A stretch of 64,000 nucleotides of DNA, taken from NCBI GenBank assembly GCA_030141605.1, contig JAQGDQ010000207.1, positions 101,347-165,346 on the forward strand. Reading direction: 5' to 3'. Both the position numbers and the translations under genes were made by a program. This stretch comes from Tubiluchus corallicola. Its lineage: Eukaryota > Animalia > Priapulida. The notes under the pieces were generated by a model that worked only from the letters and a program-made list of their open reading frames with translations, ran no database searches and was not told the origin of the DNA. Positions 1 through 13,847 of the stretch are shown piece by piece (position 1 is the first letter of the stretch; the number at the start of each line of letters is the position of its first letter).

Positions 1-220
1 TTTGAGAAATTGAGAAAGCTGAGACTACTAAAGCGACACGCGACTGCATGGATGAAATAGCATCAATTACGTCTAAATTCGGAGTAATTTGTGACCAAAA
101 TCAATGAACCTAAATTTCTTCAAAGAAGACAACAAATGCAAAAAATGGAAAATAAAACTGATTGCATTTTACTACGTATAAACTCTTGCAAAAACAAAAT
201 ATGTCGTAAGTTTTCACATA

Positions 221-463
221 CAGTAAGTCCTCGATTAACGACGGTGATTCGTTCCAGCAAAACATGTCACTAAAAGAAACAATGCTTTCTGTCAGAAACA
301 ATGTAGTTGCTTGCAGGAGAGAAATCAATGATGCTTGGCTCATAAATTAAACACTTTATAGATTGCTAACAGTTCAACATTATGTATTCGTTTAATTAAA
401 AATAGCTAGCGTCGTTAAAACGAAATGTCGCTAAGCTGGGTGTCATTAACCGAGGTCTTACTG
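221..463. mobile_element. Tigger/pogo-like MITE
   Basis: TA|CAGTAAGTCCTCGATTAACGAC ... GTCATTAACCGAGGTCTTACTG|TA terminal inverted repeats with TA duplication. Confidence 0.75.
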
Positions 464-904
464 TACGTTCAAGACAAATACTACTTGCCGAAGAGTTGAA
501 AAATGGTTAACATGTAAGTATATGGAATTAAATCAAGACTTAAGAGACTGATGCAGTCCTGTAGGTAAAAATGGTTATTTAAAGAAATTAGAGTAACCTC
601 AGTAAAGAAAAAATGTTGTTCATAACGTTTTCAGGATAAATTAAAGTAGACATGTTTACAAACTAATATTGCAATAACTAAAAGAAAAATGAAAAAAAGA
701 TTTACAAGCCTATTCTACATTGGTTTATGCTCAACTGAATATAGCACAGCATAAATACCAATTATTTATACCATATATACAAAGTTATTCAAGGAGGAAA
801 AGTTTACACATGTTCCAACTATTTGTTCAGCATAACAGAAGGAAAGTTGCATTTCCGGGCAACAAGTCAGCATTTGATGCTAGCGACAAACGTCTGCTCG
901 TATA

Positions 905-960
905 CTAGTCATGTAGTGACACCATCGCTAATAGCACCGTGATGTCATCAGGTTTGCCTC
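905..960 (-). CDS. PPTC7: PPTC7 exon 7 (terminal)
   Basis: ttattag|GGKPDDITVLLAMVSLHD*; canonical GGKPDDITV C-terminal motif; spliced CDS totals 897 nt. Confidence 0.95.
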
Positions 961-2134
961 CTAATAAACAAAATGGATAAAGAACTCCTTCGTTATACGT
1001 GCAAATGAGAAAAATGCAAAAAATAACTTGTCTAAAAATAATCTTGTAACTTCAGTGAAGTTGATAAACAAGTGCTGGTTAAGTTTTGAAAGCACCGCAA
1101 AGTTTTTAAACTAGATAGATAGATAGATATTTTATTTATGAAAATCAAATTTTTTACACGGAAATTACAAAATCAACGTATACCAGATGGCTTTATCAGC
1201 GGGCAGAGCTCGGGTAATGATTTTCGGATTATACTAACCATTAGACCCAACATAGCTGCACAAGGTGTACACACAGTTATACAAATTTAGTTTTAAAATC
1301 TATGAAGCAAAAGAAGCTGTTAACTAAACATTTGTACACTTTTGATAAAAAAATATTTTACCTACATGATAATCACAGTGATGCGGTTATATGTCCGCTA
1401 ACAAAAACCTATAGCATTTTACTCAAAATCTATGCATACAGTTGTAAGTGAAATTTCTAATTGACATTAATTATCCGTTAAATAAATTTGCAATGTTGCT
1501 ATAATTTGACGCGTACAGTGATCTTCAAAGTGCATTTTTGGGGCACTCACACAAAAAATGCTCTTCTGTCTGCATTTTTCTGCAAAGACAGCCTGCACTC
1601 ACGAGGTACATTTGCCATACGAGTAATATCTTGACAACTGTACATTTTGCATACGTTCTTTTTGTCTTTTTTAAAGGACAGCACAAGTCACTTAGCATGT
1701 TATGTTCATTTTACTGCTATCACTTAAACTTAGAAAAGTACAACAAAGAAATTTGCAAAAATTGTCTATAAAGCACAAATGGATTTATACTACTGCTGTA
1801 TAGGAATTTTCAGGCGCGGTGGTAGCCGCCATTCATTTGAAAATCATGATGCAGTTGGTGTCTTCGTGACTTTTCACGAGCGCATCGTGAGCTTTCGCAA
1901 GGACATGCCCGTTAAAATAATTCAATCTTCTGCATCTAACCTAGCATTACTATTACCAAAATTAGTTGTCTAATATTTTGCAAAAACTTGTTATATTGAT
2001 GATGTATATTGATACTGCACTGCTTTTCTTCAACCTGTGTACAAGGTCATTGATGGAAGAATGGACGTTCAAAATGGATGCGCCCAAGTACCTAATGATT
2101 GCAACTTCAAAGTGATTTTACTAATTAGGTGAAG

Positions 2135-2434
2135 CACATATTGCACTTTTAACGTTAATATCACATATTGCACTTTTATTGTTAATATCACATGTTGCAC
2201 TTTTATTGTTAATATCACATGTTGCACTTTTATTGTTAATATCACATATTGCACTTTTATTGTTAATATCACATGTTGCACTTTTATTGTTAATATATTA
2301 CATATTGCACTTTTATTGCTAATACAACATGTTGCACTTTTATTATTAATATCACATATTGCACTTTTATTGCTAATATCACATGTTGCACTTTTATTGT
2401 TAATATCACATATTGCACTTTTATTGTTAATATC
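2135..2434. repeat. 27-bp minisatellite, about 11 copies
   Basis: unit ATCACATATTGCACTTTTATTGTTAAT; source of the spurious KVQHVILTI ORFs. Confidence 0.95.
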
Positions 2435-2544
2435 TTTTGCAGATTTTGAAATAAATACAACTTCCTAGAAAGGTTGACCTTTCCTTTAACTGTACAGACT
2501 GACAAAACGTCTAAATAACTGAGTGGTCATGTAGCGACACTAAC

Positions 2545-2674
2545 CTTTTATGTTAATCCCATTAGCCCTGGCGTGTCGTGCGAAAGGAGAAATGTAGTCG
2601 GGATCGTGCGCTAACTGCCGAGCCTTTTCCACCAAGTTTCTGGCTATCTGCTGAATACTTTCGTAGCAGCGATC
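2545..2674 (-). CDS. PPTC7: PPTC7 exon 6
   Basis: ttgcag|DRCYESIQQIARNLVEKARQLAHDPDYISPFARHARANGINIK; donor G|GTTAGT. Confidence 0.93.
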
Positions 2675-2882
2675 CTGCAAAAATAGTAAGCATTTAATGT
2701 AACAGATGGTTCACAGAAAAAGCTAACTAAGCTGATTGCGTCGGCAAGTGTTGAACAAATAAACAAACGAAAGAGTTAGGATAAATACTACGTACTTGAC
2801 ATAGTAAAACAATATTTAGTTCTAATAATGAAGTCGTCTCTTGTAAATTTTATGTTTTGGTTTAAAGGAATGGCAACAAATA

Positions 2883-3097
2883 AGACTTAGCTGATTAGAG
2901 GTTGGAGTTAGCATATTTAGTCCTATGACACACCAAAGCGACCAGCATCTGGCTGCTGAAATACAGCATCCTGCATCTATAGTTCACTTAGACTTAGCTG
3001 ATTAGAGATTAGAGTTAGCATATTTAGTCCTATGACACACCAAAGCGTTCAGAATCTGGCTGCTGAAATCCAGCATCCTGCATCTATAGTTCACTTG
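2883..3097. repeat. Tandem duplication of about 107 bp
   Basis: AGACTTAGCTGATTAGAG...CATCTATAGTTCACTT present twice head-to-tail. Confidence 0.9.
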
Positions 3098-3890
3098 GTA
3101 GTGAGTTAACATCAAAGTATCTGGCATCAAATCTCAATGTTCTTTGCAGAAAAACAAAACGGACGATAAGAAATTTATTTTTGCAATACTTTCTTTTTTA
3201 CGTTATTGATTCATATGAACAGGTGTTCAAAAAAATTGGAAGAACTTTCCGCGTCCGCTGTTAAAATCTTTGGTTTAATCACCCACTGACAATACATACT
3301 TACACATGTTCATTCTCGTACTCAAATGTTGGACGTTTTGGTTTATCATTGGCTTTGTGAGATCAGTGAGATTTATAAGAAATGTTGCTGCCTTGACACA
3401 ATGAAAGCAAAATTTGTTTGAAGGTGTCACTCAAAGTTCCCGAAGATTGAATTAGCAATAATACAGGGATACAACAGCATCCCTCCCCCTGCATTACCCC
3501 CACCTAACCATAAAGATAGGAGTCTTATGCACATGACTGATAGGGGCATGATCTGCGAGCCATTACGCATGATTTGTATTGACTATTTCCATGTGTCCGT
3601 GAATGCTATGCGTATATATAAAGCCCACGATACTCTTTCTGCCATGTTGGTTCCTTGTTCATGGAGACTGGAAATAATGATTTTTGGAAGTCATGTCTCT
3701 GAAACTTCAAGGTAACAGTAATCAAGAAATAATCTCAGCAGTGTCACTAGCTTATCACTGTCATATTAAATGCAAAATTGAAAAGAAAACACAATTTTTA
3801 CGTGCATAACACTTTACAGGGATAGGAACAATACGATGTGTATAACTACTTGGTGAAGGAATTGCAACTGGATGCAGGACAGCATAATTA

Positions 3891-4591
3891 CCGTATTTTC
3901 CCATGTATAAGAGACCCTTGTGTATAAGAGACCCCTTCAATTTTTAGGCAAAAATTCTGGAAAAAAGTTTTTTGGTAATGAATAACTTTATTCATCATAG
4001 AAATCATTAAATTCCTCAAGTCTCTTCTCCGTTCTCATTGCTCTCCACCATCTCTCTAGCAATCCTCCTCCCTTGCTCCATGATCATCTTTGTAGACACT
4101 GACAATCCACTCATCCTCTGAGATTGGACCCAGTGTTTCAGTGACTTCTCCAGGTTTGGCCAAGTCGCAGGTTTAGGATAAGAATATCGCTTCATAGTCG
4201 AACGCGACACGCCTTGCTTAAGCTGACTCATCTCGTTGACCTCTGTCGACGTATCAATGACGTCGACGGGCATGCAGAGAGCTTATGCAGATGCGTTGAT
4301 TGGCTGCAGAACAATCGATTTCTCTCCAATACCAAAGAGACATTTAAAAAAATAATAACTTACCCGGTACATTAATTTTATCATTAGAATTTAGCCATGG
4401 AGAAGATTTATTGAAAGGAAACTATAATTATTCGAAATAAAACAGTTGTAGAGCACTTATTTCTTTAAAATCATTAGTGTCACAATTTATGCATCTTATT
4501 GAAAAGACTTACTCCCATGTATAAGAGACCCCCTATTTTTAAAGTGAAAATTCTGAGCAAAAAAGGGTCTCTTATACACGGGAAAATACGG
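3891..4591 (-). mobile_element. pogo/Tigger deletion derivative with CENP-B-type HTH remnant
   Basis: TA|CCGTATTTTCCCATGTATAAGAGACCC ... GGGTCTCTTATACACGGGAAAATACGG|TA; internal frame WPNLEKSLKHWVQSQRMSGLSVSTKMIMEQGRRIA. Confidence 0.88.
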
Positions 4592-4851
4592 TAGTGCGCT
4601 TCTCCCACCTCTCTAAAACTCAATTGAAGAAACATTACTGCGTGTAGGTCTTGGTCCTGAAGTGACCAACACCTGACCAGGAAGCCAATCAGGGGAAAAA
4701 GTTACAGGAAACTTGAAAACTTGCTAAATCGCCATGGAAATGGCAGTTTCTCATCTGCCTATTGCTGCGTAATGCGTATTCGGGACGAGACCACGTTCGA
4801 GTGGATACAGATCACGCATCGAGCATTATGGGTTGTACATTACATACATAC

Positions 4852-4852
<1 letters not shown>

Positions 4853-4883
<31 letters not shown>

Positions 4884-5530
4884 AATGATGATAAGTCTTT
4901 ATTAGCCTCTTTTTGCAGACAAATACATCTGTACTAACACAGACACTAGACAGAGTGAATTCTACAATATTACATTTTTGGATTCTGTAATTAGCTTTTC
5001 TAATTTGGGCGTATAACATTTCTTACAGTGATATTACAGTGATAAACAAGAAGTATTGAAGTGCGTGCTAAAATCAAGGTTGTTAATGCAGCAAGTTTCC
5101 TGTGAGGTAACATAAAAATGCAGATAAATTGATATACCAAATTATTAAATTCTAATTCAATGTTTAAATCCACAAGAGTTACAATCAGTAATCTCAAGAA
5201 CTACACAAATTTAATCTCTATTTTACTAGAAATTAACAGCAGGATCTTAAAATAAAAGGGTTCTTTACAAAGTAGGTTAGTGCCGATATTAAATTTTCAA
5301 TTTTGGTCCAATACACAATATTTAAATTCTCATTTCCCATTTGGTTTAGTAGTACATTTCGCCTATTTGCGTCGACTCGAGGACATCGGTATATCAAGTG
5401 TTCTGGATTCTGGGCTTTCATGCCACATTCGCAAAGCTCATCTCTAGCAAATCCAATATGACTCATCAATTCATTGAAATTTCTCTGTCCAGTCAATAAC
5501 CTCACTGCTGCTTCTTCTACTCTTCGTTCG
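4853..5530 (-). mobile_element. Non-LTR retrotransposon 3' remnant (R1/I-like CCHC knuckle)
   Basis: LLTG..F...CECGMKAQNPEHLIYRCP at about 5380..5500; minus-strand AATAAA at 4898..4903 followed by a (CAT)n tail. Confidence 0.6.
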
Positions 5531-7217
5531 GGTTTTCCAACTTTTAAAGTAAGAGTCGGATCTAAATTTTTATGCGACAAATTGGCTGTAGTTTCAAAAG
5601 TGGAAGTGTTTCCATTACATACACATGGAAACACTTCCACGTATTTAAATTTAAACTGATGTACACACTGAGTACACATCACAGATCACTCACGCGACAC
5701 GGCGTTCTAGCTTAAGACTGCAGTAAAGAACAGCAATACCTTTTATGCTAAACAAAAGGCAACAACTAAACCAATGGAAACGCTTGCATGTTGAAAAGTC
5801 AAATTTCCCACTTTCTAGTCCTAATTTGTGCTGCACGTAGAGTAATTTATGTAGAACTGGATTGTCATAGCCAAATAACCTTGAGCAACATCTAGCATTT
5901 GCACATGATGTAATAAAGATCCTGGACAGAATACTAATTTGGATCATACAAAAATACAGTCAAATCGCATTATAATGACCCTCTTCATAACGCCAACCTT
6001 GCTTAACACCCATATTTTTGGCAAAAGAAAATGTCGATATTTATTTTCATTAATTTGTTTAATGTATTTATTAATGCCCCTTCTTATAATGCCACACTTA
6101 ATACAGAGCCAATTTTTTTGCAGTTCCAATGTAGGCAGCACAAAGAGGTTTGAAGGAAGACCAAACGATTGTTTAGACTCAATCTCATTTTAATTTACTG
6201 TCCAAAATATACATTTTCTTGCCTATAAAAGTTAACAATTGTTCCTTATATTTGAATAATTAGCTTAGAAAGTTAATTAACGGCAACCGAACACAGCTAT
6301 TGCTTACGTCAGAAACTAACCACAGTTTGTGCAGTGGCAGGCATCTCCCTTGCGGATCAAGCACGTTTGCGTAAGTTTTACAGTACTGCTTAAACGCATG
6401 ATGTAACGAAAATGGGCTTACGTCATATGACGCCAAAAACTAACACTGCAGTTCATGACCATATCACAGTGCCACCTTCTATTTGTCGGCCACGCGCACG
6501 TGACAAAAAGGCGCCCCATTGCCAATCTTAGTAGATTCACTGAGCAGCCTCTTTGAAAGTTTAACAAAATTTGAATATCCGAGGTAATTGTTATTCAATC
6601 TAAGCTTTGATTTAAAAAAAGCTTTTGTAGTTTTCAATATTTCAGAGCATTCTTTATTCTGAACTAATATTTACACGAAAATCCAGTTTTGCTTTAAGTA
6701 TATAATATTTAGAAGTTGTGTGCTGGGTTGTGTGACTAGCATGAACAAGTGTAGAAAATGAAAATGTATATTAAATATACATGTGCAGGATCACTGTGAA
6801 AAGGAATGATGAAGGAACTGTGAAAGAAGAGAAAAGCTAATAATAGAAGCTGACATTTATGAAGGTCATAAGACATGCAAACTATGTTACACTCATTTAC
6901 AGAATATTAATTAAGGAATTTATGGTAAAAAATCTCTAAAATTTAATGACGTCTTATTATTTTTACATAATTACCTATTATTAGCCCGTTTGCCCTGGGA
7001 AATAACAAGGCTAGAATGTGGCCGGGTCTCAACTTAATCCTAAGCCATACTGTATTCATGATCGTTTCATAAATTTTATTTCTTTTCAATTGCTCAGAAG
7101 TTAATGTTCATGTAAGTTCACAGCAGTGGGTATGAAAGTCGAAACTCAAAATATACTATGAATGTATGTAAGATAGTCTAACAAAATAGCTTTAGCCATG
7201 CGTAAAGAGGTAAGGTT

Positions 7218-7312
7218 TTTAGCCGAGTGGTCATACTGCATGTTTAGTAACAACGGTTAAGCAACACCAAGCCTGATCAGAAGCTGGATGGGTGACTGCC
7301 AGGTTCAATACT
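7218..7312 (+). mobile_element. 5S-rRNA-derived SINE-like remnant
   Basis: GTTAAGCAACACCAAGCCTGATCAGAAGCTGGATGGGTGACTGCC resembles the 5S internal control region (A box to C box); related copy near 58120..58208. Confidence 0.5.
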
Positions 7313-8312
7313 CTCTCTGGCATTTTCATTCTCCGTACTGATTCTGGCCATTTACCGGTACCTGTGATGCATTTCAAATTAACACCCGAATATGACTAGG
7401 CCGCCTCTACTGGCTCAAAGTCTCATTTTAAAGGATTATACTTGACAAGGAGATCTTGTCATGACCAGAACCATCTACATAAAGTAGGTATCATCACGGA
7501 ATGTGTCAAACTGAACAAAAAATGGTTAGATTGCCGATAAAATGGATGCCAAAGTAAACATTTAAGCACCCACCCCTCGGTCACAGATTAACACTTTCTT
7601 CACAGTTGTTCAAACAGGTAAAACAAATATTTACATTACGCGTTAAACCGACGATTAACATGTATTGATAAACACGCCATTATAATAGAGTTGCAGTTCG
7701 AGGTGAGGATTCTCTACCAGAAAGCGAATTCCGATCGAATAGAATTTGTGACTTTCGAATTCGAATCAAACCGAGTTTCGTCATTTTCGAAACTGAATTG
7801 AATTCGAATTTTTGAATCACGAATGAAAGCAGTCTCACAAAGATAACTTGATTTTGTTCTGCAGTAAAAACACTAATAGTTTATTTTAAAAATTGTGCAC
7901 AGCTAAGTTGTGCTGAATGCATGATGTTTCAAGCTTTTTAATGATAAAGAGTGAATACACTCATATCTCGGTTTGGTGGACATCGCTTTCACGGATATTG
8001 GAAGAATCGGACAAAACCCAGTGCCCTAAAAAGTCCCGCATACTACGGACATAGCCTGTTGTTTTAGCTGATCGCTAGTTGGCAGGTTGTCACTTTGTTT
8101 ACATCACTACATCAGTGCAACCTCTACGTATAAAAATATAGAATCAATTATGCAGAATCATTTTAGTCAAATGCCGACAGTTTCTATATACTTTTGCATA
8201 GGAGCACCAGGTACTAGACATTTTTGAAACAATTAGGCGATCAATTCTGCATTACCTTGAGTCTAATACATAGGGCCTACTGTATTAGCTTAACATAGAA
8301 GCGCCTGTATTA

Positions 8313-8530
8313 ATGTGGAAGCGTCGCAGAGGAGGTCAACAGAAGCATTTCTGGCATCAAACCAAGAGCGATATTGTGTCTCCTCTTGGGCTCGACCGCT
8401 ACCACCAAGTTTCCGATGATCTCACAGAGCTGCCGTCGTACTTCGAGGACCGGAAGCAGTGGCGTGCGATGGTTCTGGATGCCACCTGTGCCGGCCTGCC
8501 TCCACCTGGTGGGGGCAGCAAGTAATGTAA
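8313..8530 (+). mobile_element. RTE-like LINE extreme 3' fragment
   Basis: RRRGGQQKHF...EDRKQWRAMV resembles RTE ORF C-termini; ends in short GTAA-type repeats. Confidence 0.45.
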
Positions 8531-8708
8531 TTAGCTTAGTATCAGTAAATACGGACAACTGAAAAATTCGGACCTACTTCTCCCCACTTTTGTCCAGCAA
8601 ACCGAGATACGAGAATATTTGTACAGACATGAATGTATCAACGATTCTCATTTATAATGCCAAATTCACTTGATAACAAATTTGAAAGATGCAAAATGTT
8701 TATCATAC

Positions 8709-8832
8709 CCTTAATTTGGACAGCTCTCGACAGATCAGCTCTTCTGACATGTTATCAAACAGGCCGTCCGATGCCATGACGATGACATCTCCTTCCTCGA
8801 CGTTGAACGAAGAACTTTCTGCGGCCGAGGGA
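8709..8832 (-). CDS. PPTC7: PPTC7 exon 5
   Basis: ttgtag|(S)PSAAESSSFNVEEGDVIVMASDGLFDNMSEELICRELSKLR; DGLFDN motif; donor GTATGA. Confidence 0.95.
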
Positions 8833-9421
8833 CTACAACAGAAAATATTATTACCAAAACCAGCGCAAAAAAGGTTTACACACTTGCTTAGTACATCTTT
8901 GCAAGAGTTCCGAGGTAAATATAAGTTTTCTTGATTGCTGTCAAAATAATATGTTACGGCAAGTACAATAGGAATAATAACATATAATATTAGTTAGTAA
9001 AACTTAATATTGAAATAGTATTGCTAATTATTAATGATAATTTATTTTTAAAGTGCATAAATCGGCAATTATTGTCACCAGATGGTGCTATAAAACAGGT
9101 CTACAAAAAAATTTAAGCATACAATAAAAAAAAATCACAAGACAACTAATTAAATGATATAGTAAAAATGGGCTTTAAGACTCACGCTAATTTAACGTTA
9201 CAATAAGAAGATGGGTTTAAGATTCATTTTAAAACGATTATAATCAGCAATAGAATGCAAGCTAAATGAAAGTTTATTCCATTCACGCGGAGCTGCACTG
9301 GCAAAAACACTTATTGCACTATATTGCAGGTTTTTACAGTGTAGAGACATTTAATGTGTTAATAAAAGACATTTTTTCAATGCATCTATTTAAAATGTTG
9401 TTTAAACGGGTTGCTTTAAAC

Positions 9422-9887
9422 CCTCAGTTCCCAAACTGGGGTACTAGTACCCCTTGGGGGTACCAGCGAACACCACAAGGGATACATGAGAAGCCTCTTA
9501 GACAATTTTAAAAAAGTGTTTTATAATAATCAGCAGGTGATTCAGACATCTCTGCTGACAGTGCCAACAATCTGTGGTATTTGGCCGAGGTCTTGACCCC
9601 TGTCCACTGTAAAGCTGTTAGTAAACTTCTGTGTGTTTCCTGTGTGAAGCAGGCTTTTCAACGATAGTGACAATCAAGACGAAAGCCCGAAATCGCCTTG
9701 ACATCTGCGAAGACATGAGAGTCAGTCTGTCGAAAAGCGATTAAAAAAGTTGCTTTCTGCCATGCCACAGCAGCCGTCTCATTGAACTCTCACTTAGTGC
9801 ACTTGATTGGAGCAATACGTATAATATATATAATAAAAATATTCGTGACATTACGTCAGTAGTACATGGGTACGTTAGGAACCGGGG
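9422..9887 (+). mobile_element. hAT (Charlie/Buster-like) deletion derivative
   Basis: 8-bp TSD CTTTAAAC on both sides; imperfect TIRs; remnant CEAGFSTIVTIKTKARNRLDICEDMRVSLS of the hAT dimerisation domain at about 9643..9735. Confidence 0.8.
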
Positions 9888-11956
9888 CTTTAAACTGCAT
9901 TTGTTGGTATGATATTTTAATTAGTATATACATGAGTATCTTAAATCATTGAACTAAATGATTGGCTGAATGGTTTGCAGAAGACCTACACAAAAGGTTT
10001 TGACATAGAGGCAGTCACAATATGCAAGTGTTAAAATTGTTTAGCTGCTGGACGAACCTACAGTTTGGCAGCCATTAACAAGATGTAAAACTGGTTAATA
10101 TATCGTTGTTAAACAGTCTAGAAATTCATTAGAGTGTTTAAATTAACATCTTACAACACATTTGATAAAATGGTACTTTTTATTTTTAATTTTTAATGTC
10201 TTTAAATTTAATGTTTCTTACAAATTTCAAATGTATTTTATTGCTCAGCTTGCTAAGACTTTAAATGATGCAGTGGATATGATAGTGCGCTATGTAAATA
10301 GATTTTACATTACATTACATTAATAACATTTAGGTCAAAAAACTGCATTTCCAATAACCAGCTGTACAGTTACAAAATTTATTGTATAAATACTTTTTCG
10401 TGTAGTAATTACTTATTTTGCTTAAATATTTTATAATTACTTGCTTTGAAGGGGCTGGGAACTCATACAGGTCGGATTTCTAAAATCAGACGAAGAAAAT
10501 GTTTTCAAAAGTGTGAAAAACTGCAGGCAAAGAACTATTCAAAGACGTCCTAGATAAAAGCTACAGTTAAATGTCAAGGACTTTTAGTGTAACATTCCCG
10601 GAGTCTATCCCATCAGGGAAAATAAACATCCAGAAGGAGAAATATGCACCGAGTAGCTGCCTAGTGCCTTGTGTTCATTATGTACTAGTAACTACTGATT
10701 TATTGACTAAATGTTTAGTTAGTTGCTCAAAGGACAATAAAACTTAAAACTGCATCAGTTAACATTTAATTTTAATTGTAACTAAAAATTAAACGCACGC
10801 TTAATTTTAAATAAAAGTACTGTTTTGCCTAGCAAAAAACAGATTATTCAATACAAATCACAATGCATATATCACTTTATTGCAAACTTTTCCATACTCG
10901 TAATTCCAATAATAAATTAATAGTCAACATTGTACTGCTACTACCACCACGGCTACCACCACCACTACTAGTACTAGCAATATTATTGGGGTAGCCGAGT
11001 CAAGATGACAGAGACCCGATAAGGTACCCCTTCAACCTACGCAAAGCAACTAAAGATAAATTATAATGTTATACAGTTACATTTTAGCATAATTCATTGT
11101 AGTTATATATTGTACTGATAATTTTTATTAATACAAATACTATATATAATTCAATTCAATTTTTTTATTCGCTAGATAAACAACAGACGCTTTTGCATCA
11201 CAAAGTACATAAATTAATTCTTAAAGTAAGTACAGATACAAACATTAATTTTAGTGTTGGAGACTTAGGAAGCAAAGCTTACAAGAGGCCACCAGAATCA
11301 GTAATGAAAAAATATTAATAACATATTACCGATAGTTATAAAGAGCTATAGAACGCATGTTTTAAAACACGAGACTAAAACAATCTTTTAGAGTTACATC
11401 AGTCATATAGTTATAATTATTATTGTATCGTCGTCGTCATCATCATCAGCTTCTTTGTCGTCGTCATCATCATCATCGTCATTGACATCGTCATCATCAT
11501 CATAATTATATAAGGCAGTATATAAGGGCAGCTGGTTTCTTTTAATACAGATGATACAGTACGACATGACGATGACGCGTCTGCTTATCATTTAGAATAC
11601 AGCGGCCAGATCATATTAAAGACTTCAAAAATGGTACCCGCTGTCACCCTGTCTGACTTTAATGGGTTAAGGGGGTTGATAATAATCTCTCATGTAGTCG
11701 TAGTTTGTTATTTATAGTCGGCAATGAGAGCTGAGTATAAGCCCGCGTTAACACTTGACCCTAACACCAATTTCAAATAAAGATTATTTATATAGTGCCT
11801 GATATTATAAATGAATCATTTTTAGATCACGAATAAAATGTTGAATACCCTTTATGGTGTCACAATAAAGGGTATTAAACATTTCATTGCTGTTAAGCAT
11901 GGTAGGTCTCAAGAAAGCTCTCAGTAAAGTACACTTTTAAGTAATATCTCTTAGAT

Positions 11957-12170
11957 CAGTGGTTCCCAAAGTAGGGGTAAATTACCCCCGGGGGTAATAT
12001 GTTTTTTTGTGGGGTAACGGGCACCCCTCTGAAAATTTTTAAAACTTCGCTCGGAATGCATTTTACGTAGATTTCTTCTTGAGTTGGAGAAGTAGTACTA
12101 GGTGGGGGGTAATGGACACGACCGGGTTTCCCGATTTGGGTAACGGTCAGAGAAAGTTTGGGAACCACTG
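11957..12170. mobile_element. hAT MITE (short, internally deleted copy)
   Basis: TIR CAGTGGTTCCCAAA / TTTGGGAACCACTG; perfect 8-bp TSD TCTTAGAT. Confidence 0.92.
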
Positions 12171-12266
12171 TCTTAGATAATGAAAGAACTGTCATGTTCA
12201 CAGTATACACTACTGTCATGGCTGCTACACTGCGTATCATGCAGCTTCACAAAAGGCTAGTCTAAT

Positions 12267-12629
12267 AAGCCTTTTCACAGTTCAGGGCCTGATCATGGTC
12301 GCTAAAAGGTCAAAGGTTAAGTGTACCAGACAACACATTTGTTTACACTTGACAAGGCCTCGCAGCCCATGCTATTGTAATAGTAACAGTTAGCTAGAGC
12401 CTTACCTAGTTCATTTTTTCTTGTTCCCAAGCAAGGTCCTGCTAGTAGATCACTCTACGCATAGACTAATGCATAATTAAGTGAAGTTCACGTAAAACAA
12501 TTGAAGCTACTGAACTTTGAGTTACCCATATGTCATCTGACGATTGTAGTTAAGACGCGTTGCTGTGGTACACTTAACCTTTGACCTACAGCAATTGCAC
12601 ATGCGCACAACGAAACTATGAAAAGGCTT
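12267..12629. mobile_element. MITE (PIF/Harbinger-like or TA-targeting)
   Basis: AAGCCTTTTCACAGTT ... AACTATGAAAAGGCTT inverted termini. Confidence 0.6.
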
Positions 12630-13847
12630 ATAGAACAGACATCATTATCGTACATGCTTCAGTCACACATGCGCAGAGTCGTTCCGAACGTGATGTCACT
12701 TCCGCTTTCTTCCCGGATTTTTCGTTTTTCGCAAGAAGTCTGTGCGGCGCTAAATTTCAAGTGTTTGAATGCAAGTTTATAAAAAAATAAAGCCGCTTTT
12801 TTGCATGAGGCTAGTCAATAAGGAATTTTGACAGCAAGAGTCTACCAGGGTCAGTGGACCTTCAAGAGCAATGCCATTTCATTGTTTTACTTTGACATGA
12901 CTGATTTATATACAAAAATACAAGCAGAACAAAAATTACACAGAGATTGTAATTAGATGCAGTTACAATTAATTAATTACATAGTCATTACCGAACGCAA
13001 TAAAGACATTCTCTCCATTTTTTTCTAAAGGAAGAAGTAAAGAAAGCATGACATTTATCTAACTGTTTACAAATACCGCTAGTACAAAGACTGAATATGC
13101 ACTTTTGACTGATAACGTTGAAATACTTACAATCGAAATTTGTAGTAACATTTCTAACACTAGCCTTGCAAGTATACAAGATTTTCTAATGGAGATGTTG
13201 TAAGCAACTTTTACTTTGCCCAGCGAAATGTAGCTATAGAGTTAAAACTACTGCAGTAGGAATTGAATACTTCTTAACAGCCAGTGAGGAAAACTTGCCG
13301 AAACGTTTGATTAATTGGTTAACTCTAGAATAATGAATTGTTCTTTCTCTAATAATGACAAGATTGCCTTCATTATTTTCAAAAACAATGTGCCCGAAGT
13401 ATCTGTCCTGTTTGGGGGGGGGGGGGGGGCTTTATACAAACACATTCTATACTGATGAAAGTTTGTGCAACTTTTTTAAAAGCAGGTGACTTTATCGAGG
13501 CCAATTTGGTCTTTTGATCACCCAGCCAATCCTTTCAACAGTACTCACTTGACACATCAAGTAGGGGTTATCCAACGAATTTTACAACTCTCTAGTAACT
13601 TAATGGCTTTTCTATTGAAGAATTTTCTAGGCAGATATCATGTCAACGGAGCAATAAACCTTCACTTAGGCAACATGCCCTGGAATTTCTGAAGTTTATG
13701 ACGTAATTAACTTTACCGACTATCACGAAATAAAGGCTATAAAAGCTCCTTTGGTCGTTTGCCAGAACAATGCGCTGTGTAAAATTGACGTCATAGTTAC
13801 GCTAAATGACCAAAAGAGCGGAAAGAGAAGTGCGAGAAATATCCTAC

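Noticed and set aside
2135-2434. Same 27-bp period as the 50304..51168 minisatellite
   Set aside because: Unit sequences are not alignable; treated as coincidence.
6420-6590. CpG-rich patch with CACGTG and a plus-strand donor-like GAG|GTAATT inside a PPTC7 intron (possible antisense promoter)
   Set aside because: No downstream exon or ORF identified; motifs alone are insufficient.
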